From Dehalococcoidia bacterium (lineage in GTDB: Bacteria > Chloroflexota > Dehalococcoidia > UBA2979): a stretch of DNA of 64,000 bases. This document shows, piece by piece, positions 1-9,540 of this stretch. The stretch lies in the NCBI GenBank assembly GCA_965247895.1, contig OZ252046.1, positions 3,005,282-3,069,281 of the forward strand, written 5' to 3'. The position numbers and the translations under genes were made by a program. The notes below the pieces were generated by a model, which worked only from the letters and a program-made list of their open reading frames with translations, was not told the origin of the DNA and ran no database searches. Position 1 is the stretch's first letter, and every line of letters begins with the position of its first letter.

Positions 1-1008
1 GGGACCGGACCGTTCCAGTGGAACGAGGAAGTCAAGGATGTGCGGACCGTCATGGACCGCAACGAGGATTACTGGGACGCAGATGCCGGAAAAGGGCCCT
101 TCCTCGACCAGATCGTCTGGGTTCCGCGGGAGGAGGTAGCGGCGCGTGTGACGTCGCTGCAGACCGGCGAGACCGACCTGATCTTCGTACCGCCGCCGGA
201 CCAGATCCCTCAGCTGCTGGATCAGGGCTTCAAGATCTCGACGGGAAGGCCTCCGCACGTCTGGTTCATGTGGACGAACCAGGGGAACCCCATAAACCGC
301 GATGTGCGGGTGCGGCGAGCGATCAGCATGGCGCTCGACAGGCAGGGGCTGGCAACGGACCTGTTGCGGGACACCGCGATTCCGGCGTATGGGATGTCTG
401 CGCCCGGCGCGCCCTCGCACGACCCGGACTTCAAGATGTTCGACTACGACCCGGCAGAGGCGAAGAAGCTACTGTCCGCGGCCGGGCACGACAGCTTCCA
501 GCAGACGTGGTGGTTCCCCACTGCCGGCTCGGGGAACATCTTGCCCGTTCAGATGGCGCAGTGGATGCAGGCCAACTTCGCCGAGGTTGGCTTCGACATG
601 GGGATCGAAACGCAGGAGTGGACTGCCTTCGGGGCCGCGACGGTCTCGCGCTGGAGTGAAGGCGTCAGCGGAAGCTCGTCGTTCGGGATGAGCACCGACG
701 CGTTCCTGGGCATTCAGGGGAACAAGAAGTGGTACACCCCGGAGGCTCCCGGGGGCGGGTGGATCGAGCACGACAAGGAAGCCGCGGATCAGGTCGCGTC
801 GATTCTCGATAGGGCCGAGGTCGAGTTCGACCGGGAGGAAAGCACGAGGCTCTATATCGAGGCGAAGCGGCTGATGACGGACCGGCAGTGGTACTTGACG
901 GTCGTCCACGACTCAGCGCCCGTCGCTATGCGGCAAGAGGTCCAGGGCTTCGTCAACGCGGCCCAGCACAGCTACGACTTCAAAACCGTCTGGCTGGAGG
1001 ACGCGTAG
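1..1008 (+). CDS. ABC transporter substrate-binding protein, family 5 (peptide/nickel type), 5' end outside the window
   Basis: Frame 1 is open from nt 1 (GTGPFQWNEEVKDVRTVMDRNEDYWDA...). The sequence looks like an SBP_bac_5 protein (NPINRDVRVRRAISMALDRQGL). Two permease genes follow it. Confidence 0.85.
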   Translation, partial: GTGPFQWNEEVKDVRTVMDRNEDYWDADAGKGPFLDQIVWVPREEVAARVTSLQTGETDLIFVPPPDQIPQLLDQGFKISTGRPPHVWFMWTNQGNPINRDVRVRRAISMALDRQGLATDLLRDTAIPAYGMSAPGAPSHDPDFKMFDYDPAEAKKLLSAAGHDSFQQTWWFPTAGSGNILPVQMAQWMQANFAEVGFDMGIETQEWTAFGAATVSRWSEGVSGSSSFGMSTDAFLGIQGNKKWYTPEAPGGGWIEHDKEAADQVASILDRAEVEFDREESTRLYIEAKRLMTDRQWYLTVVHDSAPVAMRQEVQGFVNAAQHSYDFKTVWLEDA

Positions 1009-1080
1009 ATCGGCTGAACCCGGGGGCGAGTCCCGGGGTGGCCCTGTCGGCGAATGCCACGCCCGGATCGACGGATCACC

Positions 1081-1114
1081 AACTCCGCAGGCACTCGCCG
1101 CAGCCTGCGGAGTT
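1081..1114. other. Perfect 12-bp stem-loop (AACTCCGCAGGC, 10-nt loop, GCCTGCGGAGTT) downstream of the binding-protein gene
   Basis: The inverted repeat was read directly. There is no T-tract after it, so it is more REP-like than a classical terminator. Confidence 0.5.
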
Positions 1115-1134
1115 GGTGCGCAGGGGACCGGAAT

Positions 1135-1241
1135 CCCTCTCACCCTCACCCTCTCTCCCGCAGGGGAGAGGGGACGAACCCCATTAGGGGATCTGAATCC
1201 GGCTCCCTCTCCCCTCGCGGGAGAGGGCGGGGGTGAGGGGG
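1135..1241. repeat. Two copies of the GGGAGAGGG / GGTGAGGG hairpin repeat family (REP/MITE-like intergenic repeat)
   Basis: CACCCTCACCCTCTCTCCCGCAGGGGAGAGGGGA and CTCCCTCTCCCCTCGCGGGAGAGGGCGGGGGTGAGGGGG. The same motif recurs near 3261, 3411, 3808, 6679, 61784 and 61988. Confidence 0.8.
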
Positions 1242-1346
1242 TCCGCGCCAGCGGCGCGGCGCTCGGGCGCAGGCGAGAGCGCCGGGTGAGTCCTATCCGG
1301 GTTGAGAACTCCGGCAGCCCGACGCGCGCGCTCGGAGGTCTGGTAG

Positions 1347-2302
1347 TTGGCACGGTTCATCGCCCAGCGGCTCCTGCTCACGCTCCCGGTCCTCTTGGGC
1401 GCCGCGTCGTGACCTTCCTGCTGGTCGCCATCCTCCCCGGAGACATCGTTGACATCCTCCTCCCGGCTAACTCGGGCGCTACCGAGGCGGAGCGCGAGGC
1501 ACTCAGGGAGGAGTTGGGACTGAACCGGCCCTGGTATGAGCGATATGCCCTCTGGCTCGGCGATACCGTCCGGGGCGACCTCGGATTCTCCCTCCAGTAT
1601 CGACTCCCCGCCGCGGACCTCATCTGGCAGAAGCTGCAGAACACCCTGGTGCTGGCCGTGGCCGCCGCCGTGCCGAGCACGGCGCTTGGAGTGGCAGCCG
1701 GCGTGTTCGCCGGGACCAAGCCCAACAGCCTGGCCGACCGATCGATCACGACGCTGTCGGTCCTGGCGGCGAGCGTGCCCCAGTACTGGCTCGGCCTGAT
1801 GTTGATCGTCCTCTTCGCCCTGCACCTGGACTGGCTGCCTGCCGGCGGGATGTGGGATACCCGGAATCCGGGCGGGCTCCGCGATCTCCTGCTGCACCTG
1901 ATCCTGCCGCTGCTCACCATCGCCGCGGTGCCGACCGCGGTGATCTCGCGGCTCGTGCGCTCCTCCATGATCGAGGTGATGCAGCAGGACTACATCCGTA
2001 CGGCGAGGGCGAAGGGCTTGCACGAGCGGGCCGTGATCCGGCGGCACGCGGCGCGCAACATTGCACCGACGGCCATCAACATCGTGGCGCTGCAGCTCGG
2101 CTACCTGATCAGCGGTACGATCTTCGTCGAGGTGGTCTTCGCCTGGCCGGGCATCGGTCAACAGCTCCTCGCGTCGGTCCAGGCTCGCGATCCGGCGGTG
2201 GTCCAGACCATTACGTTGATCACCGCGGCCGCCTTCGTCGCGGCGAACTTCATTGCGGACGTTGCCCAGAGTCTGCTTGATCCACGGGTGCGACTGGAAT
2301 GA
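1347..2302 (+). CDS. ABC transporter permease (DppB/OppB type) with an apparent 1-nt frameshift near 1407-1411
   Basis: The TTG at 1347 encodes the canonical N-terminus ARFIAQRLLLTLPVLLGAAS and then hits TGA at 1410. The rest of the protein (VVTFLLVAILPGD...PRVRLE) continues in the frame of ORF 1286..2302. Confidence 0.8.
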
Positions 2303-2318
2303 GATCGGAGCCCATGCG

Positions 2319-3227
2319 ATGTCGGTAGCCGGACAGGAAGGACAGCTCGCGCCCGCCGGCCTCGCGCAAGCCGGCGGTGACCGTTGGATCGCTGTGACCT
2401 GGAGGGCGTTCCGCAAGGATCGCTTCGCGGTCGTTGCGGGCATCGTGCTGCTGATAATCATCGCCGCGGCGATCGCGGCGCCGATCGTTGCCCCCTTCGA
2501 TCCGTACGAAGCGGAAACCTCCCTGCGGATTCAGGGGTACGGGACAGAGGGTCGCTTGCTGGGTGTCGACGGACAGGGCCGCGACATACTCAGTCGCGTG
2601 ATCTGGGGCGGCCGGACCTCGATCCCGCTCGCCATCATCCCGGTCGCGCTCGCGATGGCGATCAGCATGGCGCTCGCCCTCGTCGCCGGGTATGTCGGCG
2701 GCCTCGTCGGGAACATCCTGATGCGCCTCGTGGACGTGCTCTTCGCGTTCCCGACGGTGGTGCTCGCGATCGTGGTCGCGATCCTCCTGGGCAACTCGTA
2801 CCGCAGCCTCGTGCTCGTCGTCGTCGCCGTGCTCGTGGCGCCGATCACCCGCGTCGCCTACATCGCCGTCCGCGAGCAACTCGGCCGCGACTTCGTGGAC
2901 GCCGCGCGGGCGACCGGGGCGACGCCGCTGCGGCTGATGCTGGTGCACATCGCGCCCGGCGCCTTCCCCTCGGTGCTGGTCTACGCCTCGACGCTGATCG
3001 GGCTGGTGATCATCTTCGTCGCGGGTCTGGGCTTCCTCGGCCTCGGCATCAGCCCGCCGACGCCTGAGTGGGGCTTGATGACCGCCGAGGGCCGGACGCT
3101 GCTCGGCGTGGCGCCGCACATCGCGACCGTGCCGGGCATCGCGATCGGCATCACCGCGGTCTGCTTCAACCTCGTCGGCGACGGCCTCCGCTTCGCCCTC
3201 GACCCGCGCACCCGCAACATCGGCTAG
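2319..3227 (+). CDS. ABC transporter permease (DppC/OppC type)
   Basis: ATG at 2319 (MSVAGQ...), 17 nt after the upstream stop. It has multiple TM segments and a BPD_transp_1-like core (VDAARATGATPLRLMLVHIAP). Confidence 0.85.
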   Translation: MSVAGQEGQLAPAGLAQAGGDRWIAVTWRAFRKDRFAVVAGIVLLIIIAAAIAAPIVAPFDPYEAETSLRIQGYGTEGRLLGVDGQGRDILSRVIWGGRTSIPLAIIPVALAMAISMALALVAGYVGGLVGNILMRLVDVLFAFPTVVLAIVVAILLGNSYRSLVLVVVAVLVAPITRVAYIAVREQLGRDFVDAARATGATPLRLMLVHIAPGAFPSVLVYASTLIGLVIIFVAGLGFLGLGISPPTPEWGLMTAEGRTLLGVAPHIATVPGIAIGITAVCFNLVGDGLRFALDPRTRNIG

Positions 3228-3366
3228 CGGCCCCCCTCGCCTCGGGCCTCCTCCCTCCGGTCCCTTCTCCGCGAGGGAGAGGGTTAGACCGAGGCGCCTT
3301 CGGGCCACGTTGCGCCATCGTGGCCTGTTGCGCCATCGGCCCCCTCGGGGGCTCGGCGGTGGGTGG

Positions 3367-3408
3367 GCGCGCCTGGATTCCGGCTTTCGCCGGAATGACG
3401 GGAAGGGG
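3367..3408. repeat. Hairpin repeat copy 1 (ATTCCGGC-TTTC-GCCGGAAT core)
   Basis: Near-identical to 3505..3548. Confidence 0.85.
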
Positions 3409-3504
3409 CTCCGGTCCCCTCTCCCCGAGGGAGAGGGTGAGGGTGAGGGCGCCTCGCCGGAGTGTCGTCGCGCCATCGGGGCTCTCGGGTCGCGCGGGTG
3501 GTCC

Positions 3505-3548
3505 GGCGCGCCTGGATTCCGGCTTTCGCCGGAATGACGGGAAGGGGC
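3505..3548. repeat. Hairpin repeat copy 2 (ATTCCGGC-TTTC-GCCGGAAT core)
   Basis: Near-identical to 3367..3408. Confidence 0.85.
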
Positions 3549-3611
3549 CGGAGTGACGGGAAGGGGCCGGATGATGGGAAGGGGCCGGATGATGGGAAGG
3601 GCGAGCCGGGA
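3535..3611. repeat. Tandem ~18-bp repeat, about 4 units (TGAYGGGAAGGGGCCGGA)
   Basis: Units begin at 3535, 3554, 3572 and 3590. Confidence 0.85.
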
Positions 3612-4006
3612 TGAGGGTTCTGCAAAGGTCTCGCCAGGGGCGAGGGGACCGGATCCGTCCTCGGGCCTTCGGGTGCGCCCTCGAGGGCGGCGCCGCGGGC
3701 GTTGGCCCATGGGGGGTGTGGGGGCGCAGCCCCCACATGAGGGCGCATCCACTGAGGGCGGGTGGGTGGGTCGAGCCGCGCGGAGCGCGCTCGTCCGGGC
3801 CCTCGGACCTCCCCTCACCCCCCCCTCTCCCAAGAGAGAGAGAGGCCGGAGGGAGCACCCTCCGGGGTTCCGAGGGCGGTTCCGGCCCGATGCCTCGAGT
3901 AGACCTGTAATCGCATGGTGCAAACGGGGTACGCGTCACAATCCTACAATGGACGCTCTACGCACACCCGGGACCGCGCAACAGCCATGGGACAGGGGAC
4001 GGACTG

Positions 4007-5698
4007 TTGGCGATTCGCAGAGCCGTGCGACGCGTGCCGCGGCAGGGAGCCGAAGCGAGCGCCTCCTGGAACAGCTCCTGGCAGCGATCCTGCGTTGCGC
4101 TGGCCGTGGCGCTCCTGATCGCCGCCTGCGGTGGTCAGGCGCCGCCGACGACGCACTTCGGCAACGTGACGGCGGCCTCCGGCATCGCCTACGACCCCGG
4201 CTTCCTGGCCCCCTTGCCGCGTTTTGACCTGGATCGGACATACGCTCCCGGCGGGGTCGCGGCCGGTGACTACGACGGCGATGGAGACGTCGATGTGTTC
4301 ATCGTCCGGGGAGACATTGGCCCGAACCTGCTCTACCGCAACCTCGGCAATCTGACCTTCGAGGAGGTTGCGGCGGCGGCGGGGCTGGCCAACACGAAGT
4401 CCGCGAGTGAGAACTACCGCCATGCGGGACCGATGTTCGCCGACATGGACGGTGACGGCGATCTCGACCTGTTCCTCGGCGGCCTCGAGGGCGATCCGTG
4501 CCTGATCTTCAGGAACGAAGGCGCCGGCGTCTTTCTTGACGTCACTGCGGGATCCGGCCTCGATGCGATGCGCTCCGAACAGAGTGTCGGGGCGGCGTTT
4601 GGCGACTACGATCTGGACGGCGACCTCGATCTGTTTATCTCTCACTGGGGTACGGAGCGCGATTACAGCGAGCCCGGGGATACCGAGCATCTGTGGCGGA
4701 ACGATTCGGACGCGAGCGGTATTCGCTTCACCAGCGTCAGCGTCGAGGCAGGGATTTCGCCGAGCATCCTGACCCTGCCCGATCCGATGATCACGCTGCG
4801 GTTCTGGGACCACACGTTCACCCCCTCGTTCGCACGCATTGACGACGACCTGTACCCCGACATCCTGAGCGTCGGGGACTTCAACCACACCCACTACTTC
4901 GTCAACAACCGGGACGGCACGTTCCGCAACGCGACCGACGTAGAGGTGCTGACCGATGACAACGGAATGGGATCCGCGCTGGGCGACTACGATCACGACG
5001 GGGACCTCGACTGGTTTGTGTCGAGCATCCTCATGAAGGGGAGTTTGCGCCGGGCCATCGGCAACCGGCTGTACCGAAACGACGGGGGAGTGTTCACGGA
5101 CGCAACGGACGAGGCCGGCGTTGCCGATGGGGGCTGGGGCTGGGCGTCCTGTTTCCTCGACATCGAGAACGATGGAGATCTCGATATCTATCACACCAAT
5201 GGATATCCATTTGCCGATCGCTACGCCAACGAGTTCGAGGCGGACAAGAGCCGCGTGTTCGTGTCCGACGGCTCCGGGCAGTTCGAGGAGAACGCCGCGG
5301 AGCTGGGGTTGGACGATAGCGGTGAAGGACGCGGCGTCGTCTGCGCCGACTTCGACGGCGACGGCGATATAGACATTCTGGAGTTGACGTTTACCGGCGC
5401 GAACCTCTGGCGAAACGATGCCAGCGGCGGCAGCTTCCTCAGTGTCCGGCTCGAGGGCCGGGCTCCGAATACGGAGGCCGCGGGCAGCCGCATCATGCTC
5501 TCGGCGGGGGGCGTCACACAGCTGCGGGAGATCAGTATCGCCAGCAATTTCGTGTCGCAGAATCCGACGGAGCAGATCTTCGGACTGGGGCATGACACGG
5601 TCGACGAGCTGCGTGTGCAGTGGCCCGACGGCAGCGAAACCGTGATCTCCGACGTCGAGGCGAACCAGCGCCTGGTCGTCCGTCAGCCGGATCCGTAG
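4007..5698 (+). CDS. CRTAC1-family lipoprotein (FG-GAP/VCBS repeats plus an ASPIC/UnbV C-terminal domain)
   Basis: It has a lipobox-like LLIAAC signal. The D-x-D-G-D-G-D-x-D motifs recur (YDGDGDVDVF, MDGDGDLDLF, YDLDGDLDLF, YDHDGDLDWF, FDGDGDIDIL). The C-terminus reads RIMLSAGGVTQLREISIASNFVSQNPTEQIFGLG. The TTG start is uncertain. Confidence 0.8.
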   Translation: MAIRRAVRRVPRQGAEASASWNSSWQRSCVALAVALLIAACGGQAPPTTHFGNVTAASGIAYDPGFLAPLPRFDLDRTYAPGGVAAGDYDGDGDVDVFIVRGDIGPNLLYRNLGNLTFEEVAAAAGLANTKSASENYRHAGPMFADMDGDGDLDLFLGGLEGDPCLIFRNEGAGVFLDVTAGSGLDAMRSEQSVGAAFGDYDLDGDLDLFISHWGTERDYSEPGDTEHLWRNDSDASGIRFTSVSVEAGISPSILTLPDPMITLRFWDHTFTPSFARIDDDLYPDILSVGDFNHTHYFVNNRDGTFRNATDVEVLTDDNGMGSALGDYDHDGDLDWFVSSILMKGSLRRAIGNRLYRNDGGVFTDATDEAGVADGGWGWASCFLDIENDGDLDIYHTNGYPFADRYANEFEADKSRVFVSDGSGQFEENAAELGLDDSGEGRGVVCADFDGDGDIDILELTFTGANLWRNDASGGSFLSVRLEGRAPNTEAAGSRIMLSAGGVTQLREISIASNFVSQNPTEQIFGLGHDTVDELRVQWPDGSETVISDVEANQRLVVRQPDP

Positions 5699-6659
5699 GC
5701 AGCGAGCGCCACCAGCTCGGCGGCGCCAAGTCCGACGCCGCCGACGCGAAGCTGCTCGCCGACCTCGTGCGCACCGACCGCCACAACCACCGGCCGGTCG
5801 CCGGCGACAGCGACGAGGCCGCCGCGGTGCGCATCCTCGCCCGCGCCACCAGCAGCTGATCTGGGACCGCGTCCGGCAGACCAATCGCCTGCGCAGCGCC
5901 CTCAGGGAGTACTTTCCCGCTGCCCTGCAGGCCTTCCCCAACCTCGCCCACGGCGACGCCCTCGGCGTGCTGGCCACGGCGCCCGGCCCGCGCGAGGCGG
6001 CGCGGCTGAGCAGCACCCAGCTCCGCGCTGCGCTCCGCCGCGGCGGCCGCAGGCGCGGCAGCGAACAGCGCGCCGCCCAGGTGCGCGAGGCACTGCGCTC
6101 CCCGCAGCTCGGGGCGCCGGCGGTGGTGAACCGGGCGTTCGCCGCGAGCACTCGCGCCAGCGTCGGGCAGATCAGCGAGATCAACCGCCAGCTCAAGGAG
6201 CTCGAGGCCGCGCTGGCAGCACATTTTGAGCAGCACCCGGACGCCGCGCTCTACCGCTCCATGCCCGGACTCGGTGTCGTGCTCGGCGCCCGGGTGCTCG
6301 GCGAGTTCGGGGACGACCCCGAACGCTACGAGTCGGCGAAGTCCCGCAGGAACTACGCCGGCACCTCGCCGCTGACCGTAGCATCGGGGCGCAAACGCAG
6401 CGTGCGCGCCCGCTTCGTGCGCAACCGCCGGCTCGCCGACGCCGTGGACCGCTGGGCGCTCTGCTCGCTGCAGGCGAGCCCCGGCTGCCACGACTTCTAC
6501 CAGCGGCGGCGCGCTGCGGGCGACCTTCACCACCAGGCCCTGCGCGCCCTCGGCAACCGCCTCGTCGGCTACCTCCACGGCTGCCTCAGGACACGCCGCC
6601 CCTACGACGAGGCCACCGCCTGGGCGCACCGCCACGACCGCGAGCAGCTCGCCGCTTGA
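5699..6659 (+). pseudogene. IS110-family transposase remnant, 5'-truncated and frameshifted
   Basis: It starts mid-domain (GAKSDAADAKLLADLVRTDRH...) directly after the CRTAC1 stop. A 1-nt frameshift lies at about 5845-5852: the expected ARAHQQLIWDRVRQTNRL reads ARATSS*. The C-terminal Transposase_20-like part is intact (YRSMPGLGVVLGARVLGEFGD). Confidence 0.8.
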
Positions 6660-6678
6660 CCAGTTAGCACCATGGGGT

Positions 6679-6745
6679 GTCTCTCCTGCCTCTCGCGCGG
6701 GGAGGGGGGGTCGGAACCGCCCTCCGGGGTTCGTTGCGCCCTCGC
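6679..6745. repeat. GGGAGGGG hairpin plus a CCCTCCGGGGTTC motif, members of the repeat families seen at 3235-3930
   Basis: TCTCTCCTGCCTCTCGCGCGGGGAGGGGGGG is followed by ACCGCCCTCCGGGGTTCG. Compare 3853-3870. Confidence 0.6.
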
Positions 6746-6842
6746 TGCTTTCGGGGGAGGCGCTGCCCCGCAGCCGAAACTCGATTACGATGCGCAGCGG
6801 AGGCCGCGAGCCTGCTCCCCACGCCCGAGGAGGTCCCTGCCC

Positions 6843-9482
6843 ATGAGCGAGTCGCTGGCGCTTCTGCACGAGCAGGGTCAGAGCACCTGGCTCGATTTCA
6901 TCAGCCGCGGCTTCCTCGATTCCGGCGCGCTGCAGCGCCTGATCGATGACGCCTGGGTCTCCGGCCTGACGTCGAACCCGACCATCTTCGGGAAGGCGAT
7001 CGCCGACTCCTCGGACTACGACGACGAGCTGCGCGCGCTCGCCGACGCCGGAGTGAGCGACCCCTACGACGCCTTCGTGCGCCTCGCCGGCGCCGACCTG
7101 CGGCGCGCCGCCGACGCGCTGCGTCCGATCTACGAGGCGGGCGGCGGCGAGGACGGCTACGTCTCCTTCGAACTGCCGCCGGGAGTCGAGCACGACTCGC
7201 AGCGCTCGATTGCCGAGGCGCGCCGCCTCGTCGAGGCGGTGGGGCGGCCCAACGTGATGATCAAGGTGCCCGGCACCCCGAACGCGCCCGAGACCGTCGA
7301 GCGCCTGATCGGCGAGGGCGTCAACGTCAACATCACCCTGCTCTTCGACATCGCCGTCTACGAGGGCGTCGCGCGCGCCTACGTCGCCGGCCTCGAACGC
7401 GCTCTCGAGGCCGGACGCGACCTCTCGGCGATCGCCTCGGTCGCCTCGTTCTTCGTCTCGCGCGTCGATACGCAGGTGGACGGGCGGCTGCCGGACGACT
7501 CGCCGCTGCGCGGCCGCGCCGGCGTCGCCAACGCGCGCGCCGCCTACGCGCGTTTCGCCGAGGTCTTCTCCGGCGCGGCCTGGGACGGCCTCGCCGCCTC
7601 GGGCGCGCGCGTCCAGCGCCCGCTCTGGGCCTCGACCGGCACGAAGAACGCCGCCTACTCCGACGTGCTCTACGTCGACAATCTCGTCGCGCCGCACACG
7701 GTGAACACGCTGCCCGAGCCGACGCTCAACGCCTTCGCCGAGCACGGCGACGCCTCGCACGCGATCACGCGCGACGATGAAGCCGAGGCCGAGGCGGCGC
7801 TCGCCGCCCTGGCCGATGCGGGCGTGGACCTCGAGGCGGTGACGGACCAACTGCTCATCGACGGTCTCGACGCCTTCGAGGCGGACTTCCTGGCGCTGCT
7901 GCGCTGCATCGACGAGGCGCTGACCGCGATCCGCTCCGGCAGCGCCCGCAGCGAGGGCCGCCTCGGCCCGATCGAGGCCGCCGCCGGCGAGGCGCTCGAC
8001 CGGCTCGCGCGCGAGGATGTCGCCGGCCGCCTCCAGGCGGGCGACCACACGCTGTGGGCGGACGACCCGGCCGGGGTCAGCAACCGTCTCGGCTGGCTGA
8101 CGGCGCCCGACGACTTCGCCGGCCGCGTCGAGGAGATCGAGGCGTTCGCCGTCGAGGCCGTCGGCGGCATCGACGACGTCGTGCTGCTCGGGATGGGCGG
8201 CTCCAGCCTCGTGGCGGAGGTGATCGCGAGCGCGCACGGCAGTGCGTCCGGCTACCCGGCGCTCAGCGTCCTCGACACGACCGACCCGGCGGAGATCCGC
8301 GCCCTCGACGCGAGTCTCGACCTCTCGCGCACGCTCTTCGTGGTCGCCAGCAAGTCGGGCACGACGGTGGAGACGCGTTCGCAGCTCGACTACTTCTGGT
8401 CGCGCCTGCCGGACGGCGCGCACTTCGCGGCGATCACCGACCCGGGCACGCCGCTCGCCGAACTCGGCGAGGAACGAGGCTTCCGGCACGTCTTCCTGAA
8501 CCCGCCGGAGATCGGCGGGCGCTACTCGGCTCTCTCGTACTTCGGCCTCGTGCCCGCCGCGCTGCTGGGCGTCGGTCTTCAGGGCCTGCTCGCGCCCGCG
8601 GTGGAGATGCAGCGTTCCTGCGGCGCCTGCGCGCCGCCCGCCGACAACCCCGGCGTGCGGCTGGGCGCCGTGCTCGGCGCGGCGGCCGCCGCCGACCACG
8701 ACAAGCTCACGCTCGTTCTGCCGCCGCCGCTCGCCGCCCTCGGGAGCTGGGTCGAGCAGCTGATCGCGGAGTCCACCGGCAAGGACGGGCGCGGCATCGT
8801 GCCCGTCGAGGGCGAGCCGCTCGGCCCGCCCGAGGTCTACGGCGACGACCGGCTGTTCGTCGCCTACGGCGACCACGAGGGCCTCGCGGCGCTCGAAGGC
8901 GCGGGCCACCCGGTCGTGCGCCTGCCGGTGGAGGACGCCGAGCGGCTCGGCGCCGAGTTCTACCGCTGGGAGCTCGCGACCGCCGTGGCCGGCTGCCTGC
9001 TCGGCGTCCAGCCATTCGATGAGCCCAACGTGCAGCAGGCGAAGGACGCGACCGCACGCATCCTCGGCAGCAGCGAGCGCGCCGAGGCGCCCTCGACAGC
9101 GAGCGCCGCCGAGCTGCTCGCGGGCGTGCAGCCGGGCGACTACATCGCACTGCAGGCGTTCCTGCCTCGCAGCGAGGCCAACATCGAGGCGCTGCAGGCC
9201 GCGCGCGTGCGCCTCCGCGACCGCTACCGCGTCGCCGCCACCGCGGGCTTTGGCCCGCGCTTCCTGCACTCGACCGGGCAACTGCACAAGGGCGGCCCCG
9301 ACAGCGCGATCTGCATCCAGATCGTGCGCGACGAGGACGACGACCTCGCGATTCCCGGCCGGCCCGCCGGCTTCGGCGAGTTGCAGCGGGCGCAGGCGCT
9401 CGGCGACCTCGAATCGCTGCGCGCGCTCGGCCGCCGCGTCGCGCGCGTGACGCCCGCGGAACTGGCGGAGCTGGGCGCGTAA
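6843..9482 (+). CDS. tal-pgi: Bifunctional transaldolase / glucose-6-phosphate isomerase
   Basis: ATG at 6843 follows GAGGAGG. The N-terminal half is transaldolase-like (GQSTWLDFISRG...GLTSNPTIF...MIKVPGT). The C-terminal half is PGI-like (VLLGMGGSSL...VVASKSGTTVET...GGRYSALS). Confidence 0.9.
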   Translation: MSESLALLHEQGQSTWLDFISRGFLDSGALQRLIDDAWVSGLTSNPTIFGKAIADSSDYDDELRALADAGVSDPYDAFVRLAGADLRRAADALRPIYEAGGGEDGYVSFELPPGVEHDSQRSIAEARRLVEAVGRPNVMIKVPGTPNAPETVERLIGEGVNVNITLLFDIAVYEGVARAYVAGLERALEAGRDLSAIASVASFFVSRVDTQVDGRLPDDSPLRGRAGVANARAAYARFAEVFSGAAWDGLAASGARVQRPLWASTGTKNAAYSDVLYVDNLVAPHTVNTLPEPTLNAFAEHGDASHAITRDDEAEAEAALAALADAGVDLEAVTDQLLIDGLDAFEADFLALLRCIDEALTAIRSGSARSEGRLGPIEAAAGEALDRLAREDVAGRLQAGDHTLWADDPAGVSNRLGWLTAPDDFAGRVEEIEAFAVEAVGGIDDVVLLGMGGSSLVAEVIASAHGSASGYPALSVLDTTDPAEIRALDASLDLSRTLFVVASKSGTTVETRSQLDYFWSRLPDGAHFAAITDPGTPLAELGEERGFRHVFLNPPEIGGRYSALSYFGLVPAALLGVGLQGLLAPAVEMQRSCGACAPPADNPGVRLGAVLGAAAAADHDKLTLVLPPPLAALGSWVEQLIAESTGKDGRGIVPVEGEPLGPPEVYGDDRLFVAYGDHEGLAALEGAGHPVVRLPVEDAERLGAEFYRWELATAVAGCLLGVQPFDEPNVQQAKDATARILGSSERAEAPSTASAAELLAGVQPGDYIALQAFLPRSEANIEALQAARVRLRDRYRVAATAGFGPRFLHSTGQLHKGGPDSAICIQIVRDEDDDLAIPGRPAGFGELQRAQALGDLESLRALGRRVARVTPAELAELGA

Positions 9483-9490
9483 GGATCGGG
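9421..9490. repeat. 70-bp direct repeat, copy 1 (native 3' end of tal-pgi, stop TAA)
   Basis: Identical to 9787..9856 except for 1 nt (A at 9481 versus G at 9847). Confidence 0.95.
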
Positions 9491-9540
9491 GTGGGGGTGG
9501 CATCAGCGCGACCACGTGCTGCCGCCGTACACTGGCGACG

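Larger units (their letters stand above)
3235..3930. repeat. ~700-bp non-coding tract packed with several short repeat families
   Basis: It contains GGGAGAGGG-type hairpins, two copies of the CCTGGATTCCGGCTTTCGCCGGAATGACGGGAAGGGG hairpin, an 18-bp tandem array and a CCCTCCGGGGTTC motif. The ORFs in the track here read repeat-derived strings (IPAFAGMTGRG, EGEGEG). Confidence 0.8.

Noticed and set aside
3284-4227. Track ORFs inside the repeat tract (for example 3553..4227, 3284..3748, 3310..3537).
   Set aside because: Their sequences are translations of hairpin and tandem repeats (IPAFAGMTGRG, GRGRMMGRGRMMGR, EGEGEG). They have no start context and no family resemblance.
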